DNA from: an uncultured Pseudomonadota bacterium
GTDB taxonomy: Bacteria > Vulcanimicrobiota > Vulcanimicrobiia > Eremiobacterales > Eremiobacteraceae
Reading direction: 5' to 3'
DNA length: 64,000 bases
NCBI GenBank assembly: GCA_963736005.1
Contig: CAVTNB010000001.1
Span: forward strand, 416,001-480,000
Shown: positions 19,796 through 28,618 of the stretch, piece by piece
Numbering within the stretch: position 1 is the first letter of the stretch
How the letters are laid out: the number at the start of each line of letters is the position of its first letter
Program-made: the position numbers and the translations under genes
The notes under the pieces: model-generated
Database searches by the model: none
Seen by the model: only the letters and a program-made list of their open reading frames with translations
Told to the model about the DNA's origin: nothing

Positions 19796-19987
19796 CTATC
19801 CTCGAAGCGTCTTTACAAAAACGTAAACGACGAGTCCCACAGCCGCGATCGAATAGATTCGCAAGATCCAGAGCGCGACCATCGCCAAGAGCCCAAGACG
19901 CGCCCGAGGCAGGGGTTGGCGCAGTGCGGCGCTGCGCTGTTCTGGCTCGAGGACGGAGGTATCGATATTCCCTCGGTCTTTTGTCAT
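19796..19987 (-). CDS. Small membrane protein
   Basis: 63 aa with C-terminal hydrophobic segment, tightly packed between NRAMP and antiporter. Confidence 0.7.
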   Translation of the reverse strand: MTKDRGNIDTSVLEPEQRSAALRQPLPRARLGLLAMVALWILRIYSIAAVGLVVYVFVKTLRG

Positions 19988-19989
19988 GA

Positions 19990-21342
19990 TCAGGTTCCTA
20001 ACAGATGAGGAAAGACGGTGAGCAGACCATACAACGCTCCCACGAGGGTAATGCCAACGACAATTGCCCCTGCAACGAGATTTTGGCCGACCGTGTTTGC
20101 CAAGCTCCCGACAATAGCGCGATCGTTGCTGAGGAGGAGCAAGAGCAACAATGCCGGCGCCATGAGCATCGTCGCGATGACGTTCACGGTAATCGTAATG
20201 GCAATCAAGGGCGCGTGGGGCAAGAGGACGACCGCCGCCGCAAGTATGGTAGACGCGATGGCGGTGGCATAGAATAAGGATCCTTGCGGGAAGTCGAGAT
20301 TAAGGCTGTGGCCGCGGTGGAACACCTCGCCGAATGCGTACGCTGAACTGGTGGAGATCGTCATCGCAGCTACGAGACCAGCTTCCATCAGAGCGAGCGC
20401 AAAGAGCGAGGCGCCCACCGAACCGATGAACGGGCGTAGAGCCGAGGCAAAATCTGCGCCTCCGTTGATCTGAGATGCCTGGACGCCGTGCTGGTGGAGG
20501 ACGGCGCACGTCACGAGACAGGCGACTGCTGCTATTGCCGCAAGAACCGCGCCAAGGGCCGTGTCCACGCGACCTTGCGGTATGTCGACGCGCGTCATTC
20601 CCTTGTCGGCGGTGGCGCTTTGCTGGAAGAACAGCATCCACGGGGTTACCGTTGCGCCGATGTTTGCCATGATCAGCGTAAAAAACGCTAGGCTGGCACC
20701 CCCGGGGATTGGCTGCCAAGTAATGAGCGCTCTTTGCAGAGCGTGGTAATCTGGGTGGGCAAGCAAGGCGGTCGGGACGAAGAGCAAATTGGCAAGAGCC
20801 AAAAGCAAGACGCTACGTTCCCACGTGCGGTAGCGCCTGGTCGACATCGCGACCGCAACAATCGCCACGCCAACCGCAACGGCAATCCATCCCGGTATAC
20901 CAAAATATGCGGCACCAGCCCGGATTGCGATGAACTCCGTGATCAGCGTCAGGATGTTCCCCACCACGAGATCGGACATCGCGAAGTATCCCCAAAATGG
21001 GCCAAAGCGGTCGAAGATAAGCTCAGCGTGCCCGCGGTGAGTCGCGGCCCCCAGGCGCACGGTCATTTCCTGGACCACAAAGGCCATAACAAACGTGAGC
21101 AGGATGAACGGAACGAAAAAACCGATGCCGTACGACACGCCCGTCACGGCGTACGAGAGCATGCTTGGGCCATCGTTCTCGCCCAGCATGACTAAAATGC
21201 CCGGCCCAATCAGCAGAATAAGCAGCCGCACCACGTGTCCGCCCGAGCGGGCGTCTCGCACACCGACCCGATCCCTCGCGCGCAGGAGATCTTCGCGGCT
21301 TGGGACCCACGCTTGATCCGAGCGGCCGGCGACGTCTGCCAC
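19990..21342 (-). CDS. NRAMP-family divalent metal transporter
   Basis: GPGILVMLGENDGPS, VQEMTVRLG, GATVTPWMLFFQQS; about 11 TM segments. Confidence 0.88.
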   Translation of the reverse strand: MADVAGRSDQAWVPSREDLLRARDRVGVRDARSGGHVVRLLILLIGPGILVMLGENDGPSMLSYAVTGVSYGIGFFVPFILLTFVMAFVVQEMTVRLGAATHRGHAELIFDRFGPFWGYFAMSDLVVGNILTLITEFIAIRAGAAYFGIPGWIAVAVGVAIVAVAMSTRRYRTWERSVLLLALANLLFVPTALLAHPDYHALQRALITWQPIPGGASLAFFTLIMANIGATVTPWMLFFQQSATADKGMTRVDIPQGRVDTALGAVLAAIAAVACLVTCAVLHQHGVQASQINGGADFASALRPFIGSVGASLFALALMEAGLVAAMTISTSSAYAFGEVFHRGHSLNLDFPQGSLFYATAIASTILAAAVVLLPHAPLIAITITVNVIATMLMAPALLLLLLLSNDRAIVGSLANTVGQNLVAGAIVVGITLVGALYGLLTVFPHLLGT

Positions 21343-21345
21343 GCG

Positions 21346-22038
21346 CTACCTTGTGGGTCTTTCGCGCTTGCCGCGCGCGCAACGAATGCCATCCACTGCG
21401 CGGCGCGACAATCCAATCTCGTCCCGACCGACGCGAACGCGTAAGCCATCTTGGCGGCGACCGATCACGGTCACGCACTGGCCCGGCAACACCCCATGCG
21501 CCGATAACTCGCGCACGACACGCGCATCGCGGTCATCAATGCTCGTGACCGTCACGCGTTCGCCAATCTTTGCTCGTGCGAGGACATCGTCCGCTACCGG
21601 TGTCTTTCGGATTCCGGCCGGGATTCGATGACCGTGGGGATCGGCCACCGGATACGCAAGAAACGTCGCCAAACGCGCAGATACATCATCGGAAATCGCA
21701 TGCTCGATGCGCTCCGCTTCGGAATGAACGCGATCCAACGGCATTTGTAAAGTCCTATAGAGAAAGGTCTCTACCAACCGATGACGTCGCACCATGCGCA
21801 CCGCCAGTGCTTTGCCTTTCTTGGTCAAGCGCAAGGCATCGTTGCGCGCGACCGAGTGCTCGAGCAACTTTTCCTGTTCGAGCATGCGCTTGAACTTGCT
21901 GACGGAAGCGCGGCTAACGCCGAGAGAGCGGGCCAGATCTGCCGCGCGGACGGCCTTGCGCTCGCCAAGTTGGTAAATGCCTTTGATATAATCCTGGCGC
22001 GCTCGTTCCGGCGAACGATCTCCGCCAATGTTAACCAT
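21346..22038 (-). CDS. DtxR/MntR-family metal-dependent regulator with FeoA domain
   Basis: QDYIKGIY, RRHRLVETFL, EAERIEH, DPHGHRIP, C-terminal GVLPG FeoA/SH3 domain. Confidence 0.92.
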   Translation of the reverse strand: MVNIGGDRSPERARQDYIKGIYQLGERKAVRAADLARSLGVSRASVSKFKRMLEQEKLLEHSVARNDALRLTKKGKALAVRMVRRHRLVETFLYRTLQMPLDRVHSEAERIEHAISDDVSARLATFLAYPVADPHGHRIPAGIRKTPVADDVLARAKIGERVTVTSIDDRDARVVRELSAHGVLPGQCVTVIGRRQDGLRVRVGRDEIGLSRRAVDGIRCARGKRERPTR

Positions 22039-22046
22039 GGTTGACA
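22029..22046. promoter_or_regulatory. 18-bp palindrome over the DtxR-family start codon, candidate autoregulatory operator
   Basis: TGTTAACCATGGTTGACA; TAAATT -10-like hexamer at 22051-22046 on minus strand. Confidence 0.65.
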
Positions 22047-22151
22047 ATTTAAGCGCTTCCCCACCCGCATCCTGCGAATCGAAAAGCCACTGGAAGGGAG
22101 AGCTTGCGGTTGCCAAGGGGACCTGGCCCGCGCGTCGTACTCTGTTGTGAC

Positions 22152-23222
22152 GTGGATCAGCAGCTCGTGCACTCGGTACGGCGATTTTTGTTGGCTGTCG
22201 TGCCGGACGCAGCTGCCAACCTCAAACGTCTTGCCCGTCGCGCTCGGCGCATCGAAGATGCGCAAGCGCGACATGAAGCGCTCTCCAGCATCGCCCTCAA
22301 GGATTTCCACGTCCACGGTGGCTGCATACTCGCGACGTTTCTGCCCAAGGCCGAGGCGCACCATTATGTCGAGCTTGTGGCCACCTTCGAAACAGCGGTC
22401 GACTATTTAGATAATTTGTGCGATCGCACGGGCAGCATCGATGAAATGGATTTCCGAGCGCTGCATGAGTCCTTGCTTGACGCCGTACGACCCAACGCAC
22501 CATTGCGCAATTACTTCCGCTATCGCGCTGCCGACGACAGCGGTTATTTGCACGAGCTCGTTGCACGATCGCAGCGCCTCTTTGCGCAGCTTCCTTCGTA
22601 TCACGTGATCGCCGCCTTTGTCGAGGAGGTGACGGCCCGCTATTGCGAGCTGCAGTCGATCAAACATCTGCCGGCCGGTGAACGAGAGGAGCGCTGCCGC
22701 GCGGCCTTTGGAGCCATTGCCTCAGACATGAGCTGGTGGGAAGGAGCGGCCGCGTGTGGTTCGACGATGCCAACCTTCGCGTTGGCTTTTGGCGCGATCC
22801 GATCGTGCGATGCGGCGCGCGCGAGAGAGCTCTATGAAGCCTACTTTCCTTGGATCTCGGGCTTCCATATCTTGCTAGATTATTTCATCGACCAAGAGGA
22901 AGACCGCGAGCACGGCGAGCTGAACTTTGTTGCCTGCTATGGCGACCGGCAATCAGCTCGAGAAGGAATGCAGCGTGTGGGCGCGCAGTCGCTTGCGCGC
23001 GCGCGAGCGACGTCCGATCCCGAGCATCATACATTTGCAGTCCGCGCGATGTGTGGCTTCTACTGCACGCGCAAGAGAGTTGCCGATCAGGGCCTTGGCG
23101 ATGATGCCGCGGCCATCGCGTCTGCGGTGAATATCGATCTTGGCGAGATGCCTTGGCGACCCGGCGGCAACTCGGTCCTTGGCCCCTTGCTTTCCCTGTA
23201 TCAAAGGATGATTCGCGTCTGA
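22152..23222 (+). CDS. DUF2600 / YtpB-like tetraprenyl-beta-curcumene synthase family protein
   Basis: ALSSIALKDFHVHGG, DYLDNLCDR, FRALH, Y.ELQSIKH, WWE.AAACGST, YFPWISGFHILLDYFIDQEED..GELNF. Confidence 0.82.
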   Translation: MDQQLVHSVRRFLLAVVPDAAANLKRLARRARRIEDAQARHEALSSIALKDFHVHGGCILATFLPKAEAHHYVELVATFETAVDYLDNLCDRTGSIDEMDFRALHESLLDAVRPNAPLRNYFRYRAADDSGYLHELVARSQRLFAQLPSYHVIAAFVEEVTARYCELQSIKHLPAGEREERCRAAFGAIASDMSWWEGAAACGSTMPTFALAFGAIRSCDAARARELYEAYFPWISGFHILLDYFIDQEEDREHGELNFVACYGDRQSAREGMQRVGAQSLARARATSDPEHHTFAVRAMCGFYCTRKRVADQGLGDDAAAIASAVNIDLGEMPWRPGGNSVLGPLLSLYQRMIRV

Positions 23223-23241
23223 CGCGTGCTTTTCGCCTTCA

Positions 23242-23250
23242 TGGTATAAT
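23242..23250 (+). promoter_or_regulatory. Extended -10 promoter of rnpB
   Basis: TGGTATAAT (TGnTATAAT) a few nt upstream of the RNase P RNA 5' stem. Confidence 0.75.
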
Positions 23251-23254
23251 GAGG

Positions 23255-23632
23255 TGCCGAGCGCGCTGGGCGACCGCGGGTGGCGAGCAATCGCAGCCTG
23301 AGGAAAGTCCGGGCTCCGCAGGGCAAGGGTGCCAGCTAACGGCTGGTCGGGGCGACTCGAAGGAAAGTGCCACAGAAACAAACCGCCGCAGAGCGTTTGC
23401 TGTGCGGTAAGGGTGAAATGGTGCGGTAAGAGCGCACCGGCGGGATCGAGAGATGCCGGCCGGGCAAACCCCACCCGGAGCAAGACCGTCGGGAATTGCT
23501 GGCAACAGCACGGGCGGCCCGCCTGAACCGACAACACGTCGCACGAGGTACTTGGCAACGGGTACCCAGAGAGAGATGGTCGCCATCGCTCTTGTAGCGT
23601 TACAGAATCCGGCTTACAGGCGCGCCTCGGCA
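23255..23632 (+). ncRNA. rnpB: RNase P RNA (type A)
   Basis: GAGGAAAGTCCGGGCTCC, GGAAAGTGCCACAGAAA, GGGTGAAATGGTGCGGTAAGAGCGCAC, ACAGAATCCGGCTTA; ends pair (TGCCGAG..CTCGGCA). Confidence 0.95.
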
Positions 23633-23642
23633 TGTTCGCGCA

Positions 23643-23693
23643 CGCGCGAATAAATTCGCGCGACCATGGGGCGATTTTCCAATCGCCCTCTAC
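23643..23693 (-). repeat. Two REP-like hairpins (class A 23668-23693, class B 23643-23665)
   Basis: GTAGAGGGCGATTGGAAAATCGCCCC and CGCGCGAATTTATTCGCGCG, both recurring elsewhere in the window. Confidence 0.85.
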
Positions 23694-24091
23694 GCACCGG
23701 GATGTGTTAGCTCATCGATGGGTTTGCGCCAGGCAAAGCCCTCGTCCATGCGGTGCCAGTATTCGATCGACGGCTCTCCAAACTTCCAACACAGGTTGAT
23801 CAACGCTCCATTGGCGATCGATGGAAAGTCGACCAGTCCTAAGTCCACGTCTTTGACGACGCATCCTAATGTGTGGAGCTTTTCAATCAGCGCAATCACT
23901 CGCTCTTGTAAGACGCCTGCGTTTTGCGCCAGCGTTGTTTGCAAACGCCCTGAGGTTGACCGCTCGCGTTGCAGCGCTTCCAGCTCGAGGTGCGCCACGG
24001 CCGTCTCACGACGCACCTGAAGCAGTTCGCCCATAAGCGAACTTACCTTGGGAAGGAGCGCGTTTGCTTGGGCGAGCCCAAAGGTCCTCAT
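23690..24091 (-). CDS. DUF2203-family protein
   Basis: ANALLP...GCVVKDVDLGLVDFP...LCWKFGEPSIEYWH..EGFAWRKP. Confidence 0.85.
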   Translation of the reverse strand: MRTFGLAQANALLPKVSSLMGELLQVRRETAVAHLELEALQRERSTSGRLQTTLAQNAGVLQERVIALIEKLHTLGCVVKDVDLGLVDFPSIANGALINLCWKFGEPSIEYWHRMDEGFAWRKPIDELTHPGA

Positions 24092-24199
24092 ACGACGCTG
24101 TCTTTGGCCCGCGCCCCGTTGGAGGCCTGCGGATGCGGTCAAACCGTGCTGCGCACGTAGCCAGCGGGGTCGGCGAGTAACAAGCGCCAATACTAGATC

Positions 24200-25111
24200 G
24201 TGGACCCTTCGACCACTGCGCGCGCACCTCACCACCTCCCGAAACCAGCACCCGCCGGAGTTCACTTTGTCATTGTCACCGGACTCTCGGGCGCCGGCAA
24301 GAGCCAAGCCGCAAAATGCCTCGAGGACCTCGGGTACTTTTGTGTCGACAACCTCCCGCCCAGCCTGATCCCAAAGTTCGCCGAGCTTTGTCGCGTCAGC
24401 CCAAATCTGCGCAACGTCGCCGTCGTTTTGGACATTCGTGGCGAAGAGATGTTTGGCGATTTGCTCGGGAACTTGAGGATGCTCGAACGCGATCACATTC
24501 CGCACCGGGTTGTCTTTCTCGATGCGAGCGACGCCGTCTTGGTCAGACGTTTTTCGGAGACGCGCCGAAAGCATCCGCTCTCCGATCGCGGCCGCGTGAG
24601 CGATAGCATCGCCGCCGAGCGGGAAGAACTCAAACCCATCCGCGACGCAGCCGACGTGATTATCGATACCTCTGCTCTGACGCTCTCGGCGCTCAAAGAA
24701 AAGCTCGCTCACGCAGTCAGCGGCATCGCGGACGAACGCATGATGAGCGCGTCGGTTGTCGCCTTCGGCTACAAATATGGCGTGCCGCTCGATGCGGACC
24801 TTGTGTTTGACGTGCGCTTTTTGCCGAACCCGAATTACGTGCCCGAGCTGCAGCCACTCACCGGCGACCATCAGGCCGTGATCGACTATCTCGACAAGTC
24901 ACCCGAGGTGACGGCGTTCAAAGAGAAGCTCAATCAGTTCTTGGACTTCTTATTGCCGCAGTTCTTGCACGAAGGCAAGTCCCATCTGACGATTGGCATT
25001 GGGTGCACTGGCGGACGCCACCGCTCCGTGTACATCGCCAACGAACTCGCGCGTCATTTGCACGCGCAAAGGATTAAAGCGTTTGTCGAACGCCGCGACG
25101 CGCAGCGCTGA
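24200..25111 (+). CDS. rapZ: RNase adapter RapZ/YvcJ
   Basis: TGLSGAGKS, CVDNLP, RRFSETRRKHPL, FDVRFLPNP, GCTGGRHRSV. Confidence 0.95.
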   Translation: MDPSTTARAPHHLPKPAPAGVHFVIVTGLSGAGKSQAAKCLEDLGYFCVDNLPPSLIPKFAELCRVSPNLRNVAVVLDIRGEEMFGDLLGNLRMLERDHIPHRVVFLDASDAVLVRRFSETRRKHPLSDRGRVSDSIAAEREELKPIRDAADVIIDTSALTLSALKEKLAHAVSGIADERMMSASVVAFGYKYGVPLDADLVFDVRFLPNPNYVPELQPLTGDHQAVIDYLDKSPEVTAFKEKLNQFLDFLLPQFLHEGKSHLTIGIGCTGGRHRSVYIANELARHLHAQRIKAFVERRDAQR

Positions 25112-25124
25112 ACAACTGCCGCAG

Positions 25125-26459
25125 GTGCGGCGGTTCTTGACCTGGATGCGCCCGGGCATGAAGCTCAAGCGCTGGATCTTGGTCGCGCTGTTCGGGGCGA
25201 TTCTCATTCTCGATGGGTTCGGGCGAGTGCTCAGGCATTATAATTTTAACTTCCACCTCAACGAGAAGATCGACACCCTCGTTGCCGGCCACGTCCCCGC
25301 CTTTGCGGTGGAAGTCATCTTCATTCTCGGTGGGAGCGCACTCGTTTACTATGGGATCCGCCAATGGATGCGGTCGATCGTCGCGGTCATCAGTCCCAAA
25401 GACGGTAACCGGCTGATCGAAGTCATCTACGAGCGACGGCACCTGGATCGGGGATACCGGCTTGTCGCCATCGGGGGCGGCACAGGGCTGAGCACGATCC
25501 TGCGCGGCCTCAAGCAATACTCGACCAACCTCACGGCGATCGTCACGGTGACCGACGACGGCGGCAGCAGCGGTCGCTTGCGCTCGGAACTTGGAGTTCT
25601 CCCGCCTGGCGACATCCGCAACTGTTTAGTCGCGCTGGCCGACAGTGAATCGATGATGGCGGAGCTCTTCCAGTACCGCTTCAATGAAGGCGACGGTTTG
25701 GTGGGTCATTCCTTTGGCAACCTTTTCATCGCCGCGATGTGCGGCATCGCTGGTGATTTCGATCGCGCCATCAAGGAGAGTAGCCGCGTCCTGGCGATCA
25801 AAGGAAGAGTTCTGCCATCAACGCTCGCTAATGTGTCGCTGGAAGCGACGCTCGAAGATGGAACAACGGTAACGGGCGAGACATCGATTTCTAAATCGTC
25901 GCGTCCGATTCGGCGCGTGCGACTGGTGCCGAGTGCCTGTCAGGCACTCCCCGAAGCACTCGAAGCCATTCTCGCGGCCGATCTCATTATTTTAGGCCCG
26001 GGCAGTCTCTTCACGAGCATCATGCCAAATTTGCTCGTTCCAGGCATTGCCGAAGCCATCGAGCGTTCCAATGCCGCGAAGGTTTTTGTCTGCAACATCA
26101 TGACGCAACCTGGAGAAACCTCGGGGATGACGGCGAGCGATCACGCGCGGGCCATCTTCGAGACGACCGGCCGCGAACTGTTTGACCGAATGCTCATCAA
26201 CACCGGTCAAGCAAATCGCTTGCTGCCGCTGTACGAACGCGATGGGGCATTTCAAGTTTCAGCCGATCTCGAAGCCGTACGGACTCTTGGCTACGTCCCG
26301 CTCACCGGGGATTTCGTAGCCGAAGGACATCAGGTGCGGCACGATACGAACAAGCTCGCGGCTGCGTTGTTCAAAATTCTGGATGAACGCAACGAGCGCT
26401 ATGGGCTCAATGCGCTTCTTGGTACCGCTCCCCGACGCACGTCTCCGATCGGGAGATAG
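25125..26459 (+). CDS. yvcK: YvcK/GlmR family protein with N-terminal TM segments
   Basis: IGGGTGL, DDGGSSGRLR, PPGDIRNC, GHSFGNL, GPGSLFTS, NIMTQPGET; start approximate. Confidence 0.92.
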   Translation: MRRFLTWMRPGMKLKRWILVALFGAILILDGFGRVLRHYNFNFHLNEKIDTLVAGHVPAFAVEVIFILGGSALVYYGIRQWMRSIVAVISPKDGNRLIEVIYERRHLDRGYRLVAIGGGTGLSTILRGLKQYSTNLTAIVTVTDDGGSSGRLRSELGVLPPGDIRNCLVALADSESMMAELFQYRFNEGDGLVGHSFGNLFIAAMCGIAGDFDRAIKESSRVLAIKGRVLPSTLANVSLEATLEDGTTVTGETSISKSSRPIRRVRLVPSACQALPEALEAILAADLIILGPGSLFTSIMPNLLVPGIAEAIERSNAAKVFVCNIMTQPGETSGMTASDHARAIFETTGRELFDRMLINTGQANRLLPLYERDGAFQVSADLEAVRTLGYVPLTGDFVAEGHQVRHDTNKLAAALFKILDERNERYGLNALLGTAPRRTSPIGR

Positions 26460-26463
26460 AAGA

Positions 26464-26489
26464 GGGGCGATTTTCCAATCGCCCCCTAC
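26464..26489 (-). repeat. REP-like hairpin class A
   Basis: GTAGGGGGCGATTGGAAAATCGCCCC; its TAG is the glycerate kinase stop codon. Confidence 0.85.
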
Positions 26490-27616
26490 AGTTTTAGGGT
26501 AAGGGCGCGAGCGAGCGTTTCCGCTGCCCGCAGCAGCAACTCAGGCGCTCGGCGCAGTGCCTCCTCGAGCGGCATCGGCCCCAACACAATCGGCAAGGCG
26601 AAAGCGATCCCGGCTTCTTCGAGCTCCTGCGCAGAGCAGTCGATACTGCCCGCGAGCGCCACCGTGGGGATGGTGCGCTTCTTGGCGGCTTGAGCCACAG
26701 CGAAGGGAGCCTTACCAGAGAACGTTTGTCGATCGAGGCGCCCTTCGCCCGTGACAACGAGCGACACGCCTTCAAGTCGCCGGGAAAAACCTAAGACGTC
26801 GAGCACGAGGTCGGCTCCCGGTCGCAGCGTGGCATGAGCCAGTCCCAGAAACCCTGCCCCCGCGCCGCCCGCCGCACCCGCACCCGGCACGTCGCTCACA
26901 TCCACGCCAACCGTTTGCTTCGCGACGTCGGCAAAATGGCGCAGTGCAGCGTCGAGCTTCGCAACGTCCGATGGAGAGGCGCCCTTTTGCGGTCCGTAGA
27001 CCGCGGACGCGCCTGAAGGGCCACACAACGGATTGCGCACGTCGCTTGCGATCTCAAGACTCACGCCCCTCAGGCGACGCTCCAAGGCCGTTGTGTCGAT
27101 GCGCCCGAGACGGGAGAGTGCGGCACCCCCCGGCGGCAACGGGTTGTCCGCTGCGTCGAGAAACACGGCGCCGAGCGCGCTGAGCGCACCAGTGCCCGCG
27201 TCGTTGGTGGCGCTGCCCCCGATCGCGAGGATAATTCGCTGCGCGCCTTCCTCGATCGCTGTTGCGATCAACTCGCCAGTGCCTCGCGTCGTTGCCGTCA
27301 GCGGATCGTTCTTTCCGTCAGGAACTAGCGCCAGGCCGCTTGCTTGCGCGAGCTCGATGACCGCGACGTTCCCTGGGAGCTGCCCATACAGCGCGGATAC
27401 GGCTTTGCCATCGGGGCCAGTCACCGTTTTCTTCACCATCCGACCGCCCAGCGAGTCGACGATCGTCTGCGCCGTTCCCTCACCCCCATCCGCAACAGGA
27501 ACGATCTCGAGGCGCGCATCCGGAAGCCAACGGGCCATGCCCTGGGCTATCGCGCGAGCGGCCTCACGAGCGCTGAGGCTTCCCTTGAATTTGTCAGGTG
27601 CGATACAAATGCGCAA
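26486..27616 (-). CDS. glxK: Glycerate kinase
   Basis: APDKFKGSL, ADGGEGT, GGSATNDAG, YGPQKGA, TGEGRLD. Confidence 0.93.
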   Translation of the reverse strand: MRICIAPDKFKGSLSAREAARAIAQGMARWLPDARLEIVPVADGGEGTAQTIVDSLGGRMVKKTVTGPDGKAVSALYGQLPGNVAVIELAQASGLALVPDGKNDPLTATTRGTGELIATAIEEGAQRIILAIGGSATNDAGTGALSALGAVFLDAADNPLPPGGAALSRLGRIDTTALERRLRGVSLEIASDVRNPLCGPSGASAVYGPQKGASPSDVAKLDAALRHFADVAKQTVGVDVSDVPGAGAAGGAGAGFLGLAHATLRPGADLVLDVLGFSRRLEGVSLVVTGEGRLDRQTFSGKAPFAVAQAAKKRTIPTVALAGSIDCSAQELEEAGIAFALPIVLGPMPLEEALRRAPELLLRAAETLARALTLKL

Positions 27617-27627
27617 GCGGCAAAGCT

Positions 27628-28617
27628 CTACCGCCGCGCGGAGGCGAGCACCTCTGGATTGAGAGCAGTCGGCGGGGTGTCGCCGGCAAAGAAGGAGATG
27701 ACGTTGCGGGCAGCAATTTCCGCCATTTTCGAACGGGTAGCTATGCTCGCGCTTCCGATGTGTGGCAGCACGACGACGTTGGCCAAGTTGGCTAGTCCCG
27801 GCGCAAGTTTGGGCTCGTGCTCGTAAACGTCGAGTCCGGCGCCGGCTATCGTTCCCGCCTTGAGCGCGTCGACGAGCGCCACCTCGTCGATGACGGGCCC
27901 GCGCGACGTATTGATGAGAATCGCGGAGCTCTTCATGGCCCGCAATGCCTTCGCATTGATCAGATGGTGGGTTTCCGGCATGAGGGGAACGTGCAAACTG
28001 ATAAAATCGCTCTCAGCCAGCAACCGATCAAATGGCACGAAGCTTGCGCCGAGCTCGCGCTCCACTTCGGGCGACGCACGCACCGCGTCATGGTAAGAGA
28101 CGTGCATAGAAAAACCGCTCGCCCGCTTCGCGACGCCGCGACCAATCCGCCCAAACCCAACGATTCCAAGCTGTGCGTGGTGAACGTCATGACCGAGGAG
28201 CTGCATGATTCCCCATCCGGTCCACGTGCCGCTGCGCACGAGCTTGTCCCCCTCCGCCAGGCGCCGCGCCGTGGCCATGAGCAAGGCAAACGCAAGGTCG
28301 GCGGTTGTATCGTCGAGCACGCCCGGCGTGTTCGTCATAACCACGCCGGCTTGGGTGGCTGCGGCGACGTCAAAATTGTCAAAACCCACGGCAACATTCG
28401 CGACGATGCGCAGCGTCGGGGCCGCGCTGAGCACAGATGCGTCAATCTTTTCGGTCAGAAGGCAGACAAGCGCATCTCTGCCACGGCAATTCTCAATAAG
28501 TTCTTCGGGCGTCGGCGCTCGGTCGTGCGGCCACACGGTAACATCGCAATGGTCGCGCAACAACACAAGCCCCGCTTCGGGTATCGCGCGACTGACAAAG
28601 ACGCTAGGCTTGCTCAA
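27628..28617 (-). CDS. D-glycerate dehydrogenase / glyoxylate reductase
   Basis: AVGFDN, NTPGVL, GFGRIG, NTSRGPV, GLDVYEHEP, PHIGSA. Confidence 0.9.
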   Translation of the reverse strand: MSKPSVFVSRAIPEAGLVLLRDHCDVTVWPHDRAPTPEELIENCRGRDALVCLLTEKIDASVLSAAPTLRIVANVAVGFDNFDVAAATQAGVVMTNTPGVLDDTTADLAFALLMATARRLAEGDKLVRSGTWTGWGIMQLLGHDVHHAQLGIVGFGRIGRGVAKRASGFSMHVSYHDAVRASPEVERELGASFVPFDRLLAESDFISLHVPLMPETHHLINAKALRAMKSSAILINTSRGPVIDEVALVDALKAGTIAGAGLDVYEHEPKLAPGLANLANVVVLPHIGSASIATRSKMAEIAARNVISFFAGDTPPTALNPEVLASARR

Positions 28618-28618
28618 C

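Noticed and set aside
22953..23633. 226-aa minus ORF
   Set aside because: Antisense to rnpB and ytpB; shadow ORF
24092..24871. 393-aa minus ORF as one protein
   Set aside because: Upstream part is antisense to rapZ; only 23690-24091 matches DUF2203
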